A stretch of 64,000 bases of DNA, taken from contig CM052817.1 of the NCBI GenBank assembly GCA_028534125.1, forward strand, positions 8,000,001 through 8,064,000, written 5' to 3'. Positions 13,501 to 26,689 of this stretch are shown in pieces. Within the stretch, counting starts at the first letter, position 1; every line of letters starts with the position of its first letter. Source of the stretch: Lama glama (lineage: Eukaryota). Under the pieces are notes generated by a model that was not told the origin of the DNA, searched no databases, and was given only the letters and a program-made list of their open reading frames with translations. A program made the translations under genes and the position numbers.

Positions 13501-15060
13501 TTTTCCCCATTTGTGCAGTTTCCCTGTTTGTATAATGAAAAGTTTGGACATGTTTCCAAAGGTCCTTTCACTAATGGATCTGTTAAATTAAGCATGAGTA
13601 CTTCTTCCATTTTTGATTATAATCTAAAGCCAAGTCAAAAAAGGAAGTATTGCTTCAACGAACACAGCACTCGCCTTCCCCCGGCGTTATACAGACTAGG
13701 TTTGGTTTCCTCTCCACTGGAGTTGTTTATTAGAACAGTACGCTGAGGAGACTACAGAATAAGAAGTGCATCCCAGGACCCGTTAATGGCTCTCCTTTCA
13801 GTTATTCCACGAAGACTCCAAACTTAAATTCTCAAGATTCAGCAATCTCCCTAGGAGGGCTGGGAAATGAATGTGTTAATGGGTATATTTATTCATATGT
13901 ATTTAAAAATAGATATATACATATAATTTGTGTTATAATTATATATCACATATATAAATATATATTTAAGTGAATATATATACACATGTCTATATGAACA
14001 GAGCAAAACATTTTACAATAAAATGCCCAAATATGTGAGAATAGTCTCATTGGAGGAATAAAATTTATGTCTTGCAATCTGAAACAGGGAAGCATCTTTG
14101 TGCTAGAATTATCTTCAGAAAAAAATGAATGAATGAATAATTAGCTGAAATATAGTGCTTTTCTCTCCAAAATAATGTAATGGGGTCCTAGTCTGAGCCT
14201 CACCTGTGCCCACCCTGAGGTTTATTCACGGCTGGCAACGTTGGCCAGGGGGCCCCAGTGAGATCTATTTTAATAAGGGAGAGAAATGAGAGTATCCTAG
14301 TAGGGAAAAGCTTATGGGTTCCTTTATACAAGTTTGGCCAGAGAGCAGTGTGTTTGCATCTGTGAGGTGAGTCTGGGTACAGCTCACGCTGTCAGGCAGA
14401 CAGCCCTGAGGTCCTGTCCTGTACACAGGGTCCAGGCCTGATGTGCGGTAAGGAGGCTGCCAAACAAAAGCAAATACAAGCTGGAAGAATGGGACAAGGC
14501 AAGTGCAAGTTACCTGCAACCTTGAAGCCAGTAGTCGAGACACCATTGGACAAGGTGTGTTTGAGGCCAGTCAGCAGCCTTGAGCAGGCACTGGTAGGTA
14601 CCAGCAGCCCTGGTGAAAGCTTTGACAAGCAATGCCCAGAAAGCATACTGCTCTAGAAATCAAGGCTGGGAGAGGAACAAAGCTAAAGCCACACAACTCC
14701 AGAAGGGCAAGTTCCTAGAGGACGCAAGATGTACCCACTTCTTAGGATTCTCAGAACCATACGGAAGACTTCAAAGGATGCTTGGAGGCTGGAGTTTCCC
14801 CTCACTCCACTCCCTCCCCCACCAACCCCTGCAGTAAGGCAGAGTTTCTTAATTTCCTATGTTCCACAGCATTTTATGTGGAGAGCCACCCTGTTTTCCC
14901 TCAAGATGGTACTGCCTGGGCAGCAGAAGTGCCAGTAAGGTAAGCCAAATGGAGCTTTGCCCAACAGTGGTCAGAAGATAATTAGAACATGGAAATTCTG
15001 GGCTGGGTTCTACCATTTCAGGCCCTCTGTCCTAGTTGACATTATAGATTCAAACTGAGA

Positions 15061-15100
15061 CCAGATTTCCAGATGCCAGATTTCCAGATGCCAGATTTCC
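15061..15100. repeat. 15-bp tandem repeat (ccagatttccagatg) x2.7
   Basis: Perfect copies are directly visible. Confidence 0.9.
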
Positions 15101-15359
15101 AACTCTTATTTCTCTGGATTCTCTATTTCTAAAACAATGCTACACCATTTGCCTGGATACCTTTTAACTAAAATATCCAGTGATTGTCATGGTGGTGCAA
15201 TGATATTGGAATATTCCAAAAACAAATCTATGTAAATGACACTTTAAAATCTTGGGCCTAAAGAGGGGGGAGGATGGGCAGGCCTGTTTACTGGTGACTG
15301 ACTCTAAGTCACAGCTGTCACTGTTCCCTGGTCTGTTATCCAAGAACCCGTACTGTACA

Positions 15360-15945
15360 CAACTCAACAACAAAATCCAAACAACATGGTTTAAAAGAGG
15401 GCAGAGGGCATGAATTGACATTTCCAAAGAAGACACAAACGGCCAATAAGCACATGAGAAGATATTCAACATCACTGATCATTAGGGAAATGCAAATCAA
15501 AGCCACATGAGACACCAATCCACAGCAGATGAATGGATAAACAAAACAGGGTATGTTAATGGAATATCATTTGGCCAGAAAAGGGAATGAAATTCTGACA
15601 CATACTATAACATGGATCAACCTTAAAGACATCACGCCCAGCAAAAGAAACAAGATACAGAAGGATAAATCCTGTATGATTCCACTTCTACGAGGTACCT
15701 CGAGAAGTCGGATTCATGGAGGCAGAAAGTCCGACGGTGGTTGCCAGAGGCCAGGGGGCGGGGAAACACAGAACTATTGTTTAATGGAGCAGAGTTTCCA
15801 TCTGGGAAGCTGGGAAAGTTCCGGAGGCGGATGGTGGTGATGGTTGAACAACAACATGAATGTACCCAGTGCCTCTGAGCTGTACACTTAAAAATGATTG
15901 AAACGGTAAATTTCATGTTACGTATATTTTACCACAGTGTTTAAA
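15360..15945 (+). mobile_element. L1M-type 3' fragment with internal deletion
   Basis: aactcaacaacaaaatcc...ttcaacatcactgatcattagggaaatgcaaatcaaagccac...ctgtacacttaaaaatgattgaaacggtaaatttcatgttacgtatattttaccaca. Confidence 0.85.
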
Positions 15946-17919
15946 AAGGAATCTGTCCTTGCCACGCTTTTCGCGCGTCTTTGAGCAGTGGTCACATGTT
16001 CAGGTTGAGCGTCCCTGGCTTTTGCTGGCCCCACACCATTTGCTAAGATGGATGCCCTGTCACCAAGACGTGGCTTAAATCACCCCGGTCAGCAAAGTTT
16101 ACACTCCAAAGGCCCCCATTGGCTGACGTGACTAAGTGGATTCACAAGATCCTGGACAACTCAGGCTACCGCCGTGTGGCCGAGCACAGGAAGGGACCAA
16201 GAAAAATTGGACATCGGTGTCAAAATGTTAAGCCCCTGCTGTCTCAAGTGGCTGGAGGAGCCATTGGAGGCAGGGAGCCGACGGCAGGGGGCACGGTCTC
16301 CCCCACCAACTTCTCAGCCTGCTCAGCCCCCTCTCGGGGAGGCTGGCTTCCTTTATGCAGCCCGTGCGGTTTGCAAAGGGGACAAGCGGCAGCACAAAAA
16401 CCACACCACCGCATCTGCATACGAAGCCCTTGTTTAGAGAGGCTCGAAAGGGAAGTTCTTAGTCTATAATATCTTCTCCCTGAAAATTCCTTCCGGGCCC
16501 CCTGCGCCCTCAGCACTATATAGAGATGTCAAGTGTTTATCCAAGTCGCCTGCTGCTTTCTGTGGCCCAGCCTGCCCTTCTGGACGTGGCTCACCCTCTC
16601 CGCGCCCCTCTGGATGTCCTGGCTTCCCTAGGCCTCCCGTGGCTGACTCTCTAGCTTTCCTCTTGCTTGCTCATTCTTCTGGCTTTCCAATTGATTTTTA
16701 TTTCACCTGTTTGCCCAAAAGAGTGGTGAAGCATATATTTACGTGAAGGTTGGCAAATCGGCACACTCAGGACTGAGGAGGAAAGGGAGGAGGAAATGCT
16801 TCAGCTGTAAGAGCGGGCACAGCTGCCGTGCTGGGCAGCGGAGAGAGAAGCGTTGCTCCCCCCGCCCTCCGTGCCAAAACGAAGGCGCCTAGATGTTTCT
16901 AAGGGAAACGATGCTTTTGAGGAGAGTGAATTCTGAAATTTCTGACCTTATAAAGGGGACACTGAGTGACATAATGAGACACTGGCCACACTTCTATGGG
17001 ATGTGATCAATTTCGTATGGCTTTGTCCTGGTCCAATTTTCACTGTTTCCCTGTCAGTGAGACCATTTTCTCTTGGGTTCTATTCTTTTTCCAGTGGCCA
17101 CGTTGGAGATCAGGAGTTCTCCAGTCACATACTTCTCTAGGCCGTGTTTCCTATTATGTGGGAATGCTTGGGTCCCCTAGACAAGCCAACGAGGAGCTAG
17201 CGTGTCAGCCGTGAAATCCTCACTCCCTGCAGGTGACTCCACTCTCTTAAGTCAACACACCTGCCATCAGAGGCCTTTGGCTACCTAACCCCTTACCCAC
17301 CGCCCCTCCCAGTAGGGTCTAAACAATTGAAAAGTGGGCCTTGTGGGACAAAGTCTCCAACGTGATTAAGGGTGGATCATCGGGAGCAACTGGTCACAAG
17401 GCTGCCTCCTGCTCCCTCCTCCTTGATTTGAGGGGAGGAGGGGTCAGCCTTCACCCACCCTGTGTAAGACACAAAAGCGAGCACCGAAACTCATCTCCTT
17501 TATCTATTACCTGCCACAAAACGGGCTGGGACCTGAGATGAGCCCACCGAGGAACGGGGAGAGGAAGACAAACAAGGAAGCATGCTTAAACAATGACCCT
17601 GAATATAGTAAACCCACCAATTACTAATTTAGGATAGTGGCCTATTTTTTAAAATAATTCCATTGAGTCAAGTGGGACTGTGAGGAGTCTTACCTTCTGG
17701 ATAGACCTGCTTGGATGTTTGTTAACTATTCCCCAGCGTGGCAGACACTGCTGGTGGGCAGTCATGGCCCAGCGGTCATTTCCAGCCCCTCCTACCTTAT
17801 CCACATTTTCTGTGTTGCTCTAAAAGCTTCTGGCCTGCCCTGAACAAGGGGTGGCCTTGTGACAGTCCAGCTGTGGCCGGTGGGAGAGTGGGAAGAAGGA
17901 AGTAGCCCCTGGGGAAGGT

Positions 17920-18432
17920 GGCCATGGTAGGATGGCCCCAAAGTCGTTCATGCCCTAAACACTGGGACTTGTGAACATGTTTCCTTCTCTGGCAAGAGGG
18001 ACTTTGTAGATGGGGTTAAGACAAGGATCTTGAGATGGGGAGATTTTTCTGGATTATCCACGTGGGCCCGATGTTAACCCAAGGATCCTTATAAATGAAA
18101 GAGGGAGGCAGGAGAGTCAGAGAAGGCGATGTGACAAGAGCAGAGTGATGTGATCAGAGACTCAACCAGCCACTGCTGGCTTTGAGGCTAGGAGGGGTTT
18201 ACAAGCCGAGGAATGTGGGTGGCTTCTTGAAGCGGGAAAAATCAAGGAAACAACTTCTCCTCTAGAGTCTCCAGAAAACAAAAACAAAAACACAATCCTC
18301 AACCTTAGCCCCCTGGGAATCCTTTTGGACTTCTGACCTCCAGAACTGTAAGATAACAACCTTGTGTTCTTTTCAGCCTCTCCTCCTTTTGAGTTCAGTT
18401 TGTGGCAGTTTGTTACAGCAGCAACTAGAAAT
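17920..18432 (+). mobile_element. MLT1 (C/D-like) solo LTR
   Basis: atggccccaaag...gagggactttgtagatggggttaag...gacttctgacctccagaactgtaagataa...tttgtggcagtttgttacagcagcaactagaaa. Confidence 0.85.
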
Positions 18433-18715
18433 GATCCAGTGTCTCTTCCCAAATAAACATGCTTCACACTTTTTCTCCTTCCTTGTTCTTGCTGCATGAG
18501 ATGTGGATGTGGAGTCCGGTGGGACAGCAGCCCTCTTGCAGTCTTGCGGTAGTACCCACGAGGATGAAGTACTCATGCTCAGAACGGCAGAGCCGAGTCT
18601 GGGACTCTAGATGGCTTCACCAAGCCACCAGCCCTAGACTGCCTGTCCCTGAACTTTGTGTCACATGAGACACATAAAATGGGACATGTTTAAGTCACTA
18701 CGGCAGGACTTTGTG

Positions 18716-19137
18716 CAGTGTGTGCTGGAGCTGACTCCGCCAGCTCCTGAGAGGGAATTCTTAAATTTCCAGAAACTGTGGGCCCATTATTAAAAATTTA
18801 TATAATCTTATAATCAAATAAATTACATTAAAAATAAAGGTAGTAAGGAATCAAAATTCTTTTGATTTCTGAATATTTTACAAATTTTACTACTATCTAT
18901 GCTCTTGACACTACATACCTCTATTGTATCTGAATGGCGGTGATAGCTCATCTCCCGGTTCTACGCTATGTACAGCAGCGTATCCTATACTGAATGCCAT
19001 GTATCTGCACAACTCCGCACTCAGTTCCATCCCACTGGCAGCTTGAAACCAGCCATGCTAGAAATCAGCAAACACTACAAACCAGGGTTTTCTTTTCCCC
19101 CAGAGTCCATCGTTAATCATTTACTGATCCGCCACTG
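18716..19137 (+). mobile_element. MER63-like hAT DNA transposon
   Basis: Termini cagtgtgtgctgg...ccgccactg with an AT-rich interior. Degenerate 8-bp TSD actttgtg (18708-18715) / gttttgtg (19138-19145). Confidence 0.75.
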
Positions 19138-19289
19138 GTTTTGTGTTTCTGCAGCCAGATGCATTTGTAATGGCTGCATCCCTCATGGTGTTTAATGCCA
19201 CCTGCAGTACGATGGCAGCCACAACTTGCCAACCCAAATTATATTTGTAGGGAACTGAGTTCTCCTAGTTTCTCTTTTAAATAAAGATT

Positions 19290-19500
19290 TAGGCCCCAGG
19301 CACTGTGCTAGGCAGGCTCTTTCTTATTCTAGCTCACAGAATCCTTCCTGTCTCGCTGAAAGGTGGATATTCTAACCCCATTTCACACACAAGGAGACCA
19401 AAGCTCAAGGGGAGAAGGGCTCTGCCAATGATCTGTAACCAGTTAGGGGCCAAGACAGGATTTGAACACTCTTTCAACTGACTCAGAACCTCTGCTCGTT
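19290..19500 (-). mobile_element. MIR relic
   Basis: ccaggcactgtgctagg...cccatttcacacacaaggagaccaaagctca...ggatttgaacac. Confidence 0.6.
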
Positions 19501-20169
19501 CTCCAACAGCATGCTTTGAACACAGCAGGCCCTGAATAGATATTTGTTGAGTTATGAAAACAAATATTAACTCTTCCTTCTAGATAGCTGGGGACCCAGG
19601 ATGCCGGACTCAAGTGCAAGGCGGCTTTCACACCATATGTGCAAAAGACATTGGCACCAGGCTACTTTTCCTGAACATCAAAGAGAGCCCTGAAACACTT
19701 ATGGTTAGAAGATTGAGTTTCATGAAAGTATTAAATTTATGTTTTTTCAAACAGCATCACTGGGGGGAGGCACCGTGGTTACAACTCTCTCATCTTGAAA
19801 TAGACACAGAGTAATTTCCTCCTTTGCTGGTTGTCAGCTTGGCTCCCAATCATTCCCCCCAGAGCTGGCAGAATTTCAATGACTCTAAAATTAATCTGTG
19901 GGGCAGAGAGTTTGTCCAGTGCCTTGACATTCCGGGAGCTTTGCTGTGGTCTCAAAGTCAGTGCCTGGGAGGGAAAGTCAGGAGGTCAAAGGTGAAATCT
20001 CAATTCTTGGCCCAAGTGGGGACCTTGGACAATCCTGCCAACACATTTCTCCCCTGGTTTTATGATGGGAGTCCCCACAAATTATTCTGAACTAGAGTGA
20101 TTGGTAACTAACATAGAATTGCTAGGCATAAATATGGGTTTTTAACTTAATTTTTTGAACATTTATTTG

Positions 20170-21780
20170 AATTCCTAAGGAAGATAGACATGAGCACAGA
20201 TAAGCAATAGATGAGTGTAGTGAAAAAGACACAGGCAGGCTGCTGGGATCACACAGAACGTGTGGTGACTAAGCCCATTGAGGCGGGGAGGGAGAGATTC
20301 AGGAAAGGCCTTTTGAGATGATGATGCCTGAGGTTAGGTTTAAAGACAAAATGGACCTAGATAAGTGAGAAGCTAGGATAGGGGTTTACAAGCACAGGGA
20401 GTCGTGCACCGACTGCACGACTGCACCGACGGCTGCACTTGGGGGTGGGGTATAGCTCAGTGGTAGAACGCATGGGGTTCAATCCCTGGTACCTCCACTA
20501 ACAACAACAACAAAAGATGGTTAAACTACGAGCAGCTCAGAGCTGTGAAGCACAGAAGGTAAGACACAGATTAGCAGAGAGACGGCTAGAGGGCTGAGCA
20601 AGGGCCAGGACACACAGGGGACATGGATGTCACAGAAGCACACCTGCACTTTATCCCACATGCAGTGAGAAGCCGTCAGATGTTTTAACCAGTGGGGGAC
20701 ATCGCTATGCTGTATTAGGAACTATTCTAAAGACTTTGAGATTCATGAAAAGATTCTTGCAAAAGGCTAGGTAGGAGACGAGGGCCAAGGATGGGGCTGT
20801 GGAGAGAAAATAGAGGGTCAGCTTACAAATTCAGAAATACTCATGGAGAGACTCGTAGGGCCTAGAGATTGAGGTTAGAGTGAGTCTAGGATAACCCCGA
20901 GTTTAACATTAACTAAGCACAGGCACCAGAGCAGGTCTGGGCGAGAGAGTGAGCTCCAGAATGAGTTCAATGTGTGCCATCCAAGTGGAGACGTCCAGCA
21001 GCAAACGGACATATGAGTCTTCAGAGAGGAGCATGTTTTATTCACGTTTGCATCCAACCTAGAGCAAGTCCTGGCACACACAAAGCTCTGGACGTATGTT
21101 TGTAAGCTGGAAGGATGGAAGCTGGAATAAAGATTAGGAGAAGGGTTCAAGGTAGAAACAGAGAGAAGTTTGCCAGGGTGGGTTAGCAACTTCCTGAGAG
21201 TGGTTTAAACTGAGAAAGAATGAAACTCCAGAGAAAGGGAGAGTCTCTAAAGTGAGAAGAGAGGAGGGCTGAGAATGAGATCCTTGGGCGCACTGACATG
21301 CAAGGGATAGGAAGACAGGACAGAGCAAGGAGATGGAGACTGGGGCACAGAGATTGGAGGGGCACAAAGACAGATGCCACAGAGGCCAAAGATGGCTGGT
21401 GGAGAAGCAAGGTCCCAAAGGCACACCCTGAGAAAGGTCCGTGGGAGCTACGTGGGGGTCTTGGCAAGAGCAATTCCAGTGGGATGCAGGAGGTAGAAGC
21501 CAGAGGGCCCTGGGATGTAACACGGGGTGAAGAGAGGGATGTTAGACAGAGTAATAGAAAGACACAAGGTCGAGGGTGATATGTTAGGGCGGAGACTTAC
21601 ACATGGCTGGAAGTGTTAAAGGGTGGAGAACAGAGAAGAGAGATGGGATTGTCTGCTCTGTAAGATTCCACAGGAGATGCCCGGGAAGGAGACTGTCAAC
21701 CAAAGTGGAGAGACTGGGTGACGTGGCTTTGTCTGAGAGGAGAAGATACGGGCTAGGTATGGAGATTCCTTTGGAAGGGC
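20170..21780 (-). mobile_element. Degenerate L2 LINE, interrupted by a SINE
   Basis: Purine-rich reverse L2 motifs (ttcaggaaaggcc...gagtctaggataaccccgag...gagcaattccagtggga). Confidence 0.55.
20441..20515 (+). mobile_element. tRNA-derived SINE (vic-1-like), internally deleted
   Basis: A box tagctcagtggtag, B box ggttcaatcc, ...acctcca then an (ACA)n/A tail. The anticodon-arm region is missing. Confidence 0.8.
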
Positions 21781-21916
21781 AGAGGCTGGAAAGTGCATTG
21801 TTTACTACGGCTAAAATACTGGGGAAACCCTCTGTGTCCCAAAATAGGAAAATGGTTGTATATGTATGATATATCTACCCAATGGAGTGTTTTACACTCA
21901 TAAAAAATAAGTTACA

Positions 21917-22002
21917 GGGGAAGACTAATAGCTCAGTGGCAGAGCGCGTGCTTTTCATGCACGAGGTCGTGGGTTCAATCCTCAGTACCTCCATTAAAAA
22001 AA
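21917..22002 (+). mobile_element. tRNA-derived SINE (vic-1-like), inside an old L1 fragment
   Basis: tagctcagtggcagagcgcgtgc...gggttcaatcctcagtacctcca followed by an A tail. Confidence 0.85.
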
Positions 22003-25000
22003 GAAATCACAGTTATGAATCTATGTGGTCATCTGAAAAAAGGAGTTACAAAATCACACCACATGAAAAGGGTGGAAAATTACCAATCCAAGAGGTACAA
22101 TTATTTTTAAAAGAAATTTCAGGAAAAACTTCTGGAATATTAAGACCAAATGTGATCATGTTATAGAGATTTTTGTGAGTGCCTCTTAGGACTTTGTCTT
22201 TGATTGTCTACAGGCTTATTGAATTTATTTTGAAAATTAAAAAAAATAAATTTAAAGTAGGACTGACTTGATGATAGCCAAGTTTTTCCATTAGCAATAA
22301 TTCTCATTCTTCGATGTTAATCCAAGAATCACAGCTCCAGATAGCATTTCCCTCTGCTGGAAATCTCTCTTCCACCCCATCTGCCTCGTACCTTACTCTT
22401 CACTGTTTCCAACACAGCCCTTCCCCTGGAGAAGCTGAAGACTGCCATGGGCGTGGATGCAGGCTTTCAGTCGGAATATCCACAGAACTACATCCAATCC
22501 CCAGGACAGCTTCCGTCCTTACCATAGGGCAGGTGGCGAAGATGCCAGCCAGCCCTGAAGTTAGCATATGTTTCATTTGACACTTTGCCTCAGGTCTTGT
22601 CTGATTCTGAGAATGTAATTGAGACACTGATTTTAGGGGGTGAGCTCAGGGGTTGGAATGAGACAGAAGTGGGTTAGAATCTCCAAGCCTTCTTCTTATT
22701 AGGGAAAGACACTTACGGAAGCTGTGCTCCAGTCTCTACATCTGTAAAATGGGGGCAGTGAAACCTCCTTCATAGACTTTTGAGAATCATAAAAAAAGGC
22801 ATCACCTATGTATGTGTATATATAGCTTCTATCTATATATGCCAATGTCTATATTTACATCTACATTGACTTTAGAATTTCACCGCTTAGGTTTGCATTT
22901 CAATGCGTGAGACCTTGAGCAGGTTACTTAACTACCAATGACTGGATGAGACAGGATAACAGGGGATGAGGATGGTACTAATAGCCAAACGGATCAGTCT
23001 CTAAAATCTTCCAGAATTTGTCAGTGACCCTGGAGAAAGACGGGAAAGACCACTCAAGTGTAAATGGGGCTTGAGACAAAAAGTAAGGTCATTGCAGAAA
23101 ATCAAAGGTGTATTTCTTGCGCTCCTGAGTTTGTGCGGTGAACATTAGGTGGCAGTTTCGTTGAGAAAGTAGGAGTAGAGTTAGCTGGCAAGTGTGGAAG
23201 GAGATGGCAGGACCAAACTTCAGATCTCAGTTTACAGACCAGTCAGTGGAGGCCCAGAGAGATGAGACAAATTGTACACAGAAAACCGGAACTCAGGGCT
23301 TCTCCCAGACCCACACTGCCTCCCCAGATAGATTTGTTACAGTGTTACCGAAAGCGGCAGAACGGGAAGGCTATGCCCCCGATTAGAACGAAGCAAAGCA
23401 CTGAAGCGGAGCCATTTCCCCGAAGAGCCTGAGGGGAGACTCGTCATGGGAAAGGCACAGCCAAGTCTCTAACCTCACCTGCTTCCTTCGTAATGGCTGG
23501 TGACACATAACCAGTGCATCTTAACTGGCTGGCCTGAGAGATTTTCATCCACGGAGACACTTCCATCAGGTTTATCTCAGGCCACCACGGCCCAGGCCTA
23601 CGACTACCCGCGAAGCGCTTCGGCTCTGTGGTCACTCCAACGCCTTCTAATAGGGCTCATTCCTGACACTTGCCTCTGCCAATGAGCCTGTCCAAGGAGC
23701 AGGGGGTCATTTTCTCATCTAAATTATTGTGTTGATGAAGACTCCTTTGGCTGCAGGTGACGGGAACCTACCTTGCACTAACTGAGGTAAGCACGCCACT
23801 TTCTGAATAGGATGCCGGGTCTCCCTCAAAGACAGACAGGTATTTGGATTCTAGGACTCAGAGCAGGAGTTTGAGCACCATCAAAAAAAAATCTGTCTCC
23901 ATCTTTCATTCCTGAGCCACTGCGTCATTCCTGGATTCAGGAATCCCAGAGAAGGAACTCACTGGCCTGTCTGGGGCAGGAGCTTGCTACTGAGGTGACC
24001 AGCTTGGCTAGAGAGGGTGAGTCACAACAGAGCCTTCCTGCAGCGGCTTCCAGGTAAGAACGAGGTGGGAGCAGATAGGCACCCAGTGCTCATCTTAGTA
24101 TTTACTAAGGGTAGGGATCTGGACTAGGTTCTAGGGGAGAGGGAGCAAGGGAAACCAAGAGTTGGAGAAGGACCAGATTCCTTCCTCAAGGAGCCTCCCA
24201 CTCTGGAAGAGGAAGTGACATAATACCGTCTGGGCAGTGCTATCATGTTGGGTAGAGGGCACGGAATCCCATCTTACCCAGGGCTTGGATTCCAAAGTTA
24301 GCAGGCAAGGCGAAAATGGTCTACAGCCAATACATTTGCCCTAAATACTCAAATCGCACCCAACACAAGATGTTCATGGCAGAGACAAGCAAACCAAAGC
24401 TGCCTCAGACAACTCAGATCCGCGTTTCCCACCTCTCATTCCAGGATGCGCGCTCACCGAACAGACGACAGGCAAAGTCACCCACGTGGTTGATAGTCAC
24501 CTCTCTTCTTGTGCTCTTTTCCCAAGATTGTGGAGTTAAATCTACAGAAGTCAAACACATATAGCATGTGACTCATTAACTTACCAAAGCCACACAGCAC
24601 TGAGCTTGAGAACCAGGTTCCAAGCCCAGGGTTGCCTGAGTTTTCAGCCCACAATCACACCCTTACATGGGAAGACTGCTGGAATTACTTCATTCCCCAA
24701 TTCTCGGGGCTTTTTAAAGATGAAAGTTCCCACCTTCTCCTCCTTGGAAATCGCTGGCCCCCAGCCCAGAGCAGCACCGAGCTCTGCTCAGCTGGGTCCA
24801 CGTGTGTAGGACTGGGTTGGGCTAGGCTGGGCTGGGCCGAGCTGAGTTGGGAGGGCATCTGGACAAGCACAGGGAGACAGTGATTCCAGGGCAGCTGGTG
24901 GGAAGCCATTCATTTTCCCAGGTTGTGTATGCTATAAAGGGCTTATCAAGGAGATGTTTACAAATGGGAGCCTTGCTGTTTTTAACAGATTAACTGTAGC

Positions 25001-25829
25001 ATTGATTCAGTGACCTGACAACCCATTCCCCTGGACCGCTGGTTTACACTTGACTCCTCCTGGACAGTAGGCAGATAAAGGAGCCGCCGAGTTGACAGCG
25101 AGGAGGCGGGCCACGCCCAAAGCTTCCATTAAGCAGCCTGCAGGGCCTGCAGGCTCGGACACCCCCTAGAGTCCAGCCAGCACTCACGCCTCGCTCCTCC
25201 CCCATGGTCCGTGAACCCTGCCACCCAGCCCTGCCAAGGGCGCCCCTCTGCCCAACTCTGCGTCAAACCTCCTTTCCAAGCAACACAGAAGAGCGTTGCC
25301 GTTGTTGCTCTGGTCAAGCATGCAGGTCACAACCAAGGCAAACAGGCCCAGCGGGCCCCAGGGCAGGCCCAGTTATATTTCCTGATCTGGAAGAGGAAAC
25401 ATCTGACCCCCAGGGACATTACCAAGCATGTACTGAGCCCTAATCTGTGTCAGCTCCTCTCACTTCCTTGCTTTCATTTAACCCCAAAACTACTCCTGGA
25501 GGTAGGCAGCATTCTCCTCATGGTTTGGATAAGAAAACTGACGCTCAGAGAGATTAACCAAACTGAGGCAAGTTGCTGGTGGCCACATGGAGTTCTCACT
25601 CTGGTCTGTCAGATGTTCACTTTTTTTTTTTTTCAAAATATCATGTGGCCTAATCCAGATACCCTAACTGTACCTGTGTGGGGCAGATGCTTCAGATGCC
25701 TTTGGATGTCTACCAATAGCCACACACCCCGTTTAGAACTTGAACTGGTTCAGCTATCCCACGGCCATGTGCTTCACTGAAGACTAGGACGCTCTCCATC
25801 CCGGGGGGTGAAACTTGAACAGTCTAAAC

Positions 25830-25873
25830 CAATGATTTTCAACCCTAGATGGTCATCAGAGCTCTTTGGAGTG

Positions 25874-25914
<41 letters not shown>

Positions 25915-26050
25915 GTGTATATGCACAACAGGGCCCCAACTGAGCCCCTTTAAATCAATCTCTAAGAGTAGAACCTAGACATCTGTATGTATTTTAAAGA
26001 TGCTCCCCCCTCACCCTAGTTCAATCTCAGACAGAGTTGAGAGTCACTGG
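25830..26050. mobile_element. MER5-like MITE containing a (CA)n microsatellite
   Basis: Degenerate TIRs caatgattttcaac...gttgagagtcactg. Confidence 0.5.
25877..25910. repeat. (AC)17 microsatellite
   Basis: Perfect dinucleotide run. Confidence 0.95.
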
Positions 26051-26064
26051 CCCTAACCATTTTC

Positions 26065-26490
26065 CCTTACCACGGGTCTGGGATGAGCATTTGATAAAAT
26101 TCTGGCTAATGGAAGGGGTGAGAAATCTTCTGGAAGCTGGGGCTTTGGGGAAATTTTTCTTCTTTCTTTAAAGGAAGTATGAGGATGAGATGGGCCCCCT
26201 TTTCTCCTTCTGACCTTTGGGTTTTGTGGTGTAAAGATGTGACACCTGGCATTATTGCAGCCACCTTGTGACCATGAGAGAGCCAGCCCAGCAGTCAATA
26301 GGCTGAGGACGGCAAAGAAGAAAGGCAAGAATCTGGAAATTTGGTGGCATCTCCGAACAACTTAAACAACCCTGCGATCACCTTACCCTGAGAATACCTG
26401 TAAGAGGTGATCAATATTCTTAACTGTTTAAGATACTTTAAGTTAGTTATTTGGTTGCTTGCAGCCAAAAGGCTCTCAACAGCTAACACC
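26065..26490 (+). mobile_element. Old MLT1-type LTR
   Basis: ttgcagccaccttgtgaccatgag...tgtttaag...gttgcttgcagccaaaagg...taaca. Confidence 0.65.
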
Positions 26491-26689
26491 CACCACTGAA
26501 CTTCACCTACTTCTGCCTGCTGCCTGAGCTGTTTCCAACAGGGGCGGATGTCCGTCAGCAGCTGCGGCCCCCAGACGGGAAGGCCAAAACTCAGTCCTGC
26601 TGCCCAGAGGACTCATAACTAGAGTGAGCCCTGGGCGTATCATTAAACAACTAGTTACCATGAGAGCGATTCCAATGATAACCATGACA

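Larger units (their letters stand above)
17735..19175 (+). mobile_element. Old MaLR (MLT1-type) LTR split by two later insertions
   Basis: Pieces at ~17735-17920, ~18435-18715 and ~19138-19175 together give an MLT1-like LTR, ending ttttgtgtttctgcagccagatgcat. Confidence 0.5.

Noticed and set aside
13880..14000. AT-rich palindromic-looking stretch
   Set aside because: Degenerate (TA)n low-complexity sequence whose self-complementarity is trivial.
15061..15100. Short direct repeats as a CRISPR-like array (also 26845-26870, 57298-57326)
   Set aside because: They are head-to-tail duplications without spacers in a mammalian genome.
21917..21995. Possible tRNA gene (also 20441, 42697, 56188)
   Set aside because: A/B boxes are present, but the stems are broken, the heads are non-tRNA and A-rich tails follow. 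These are SINEs.
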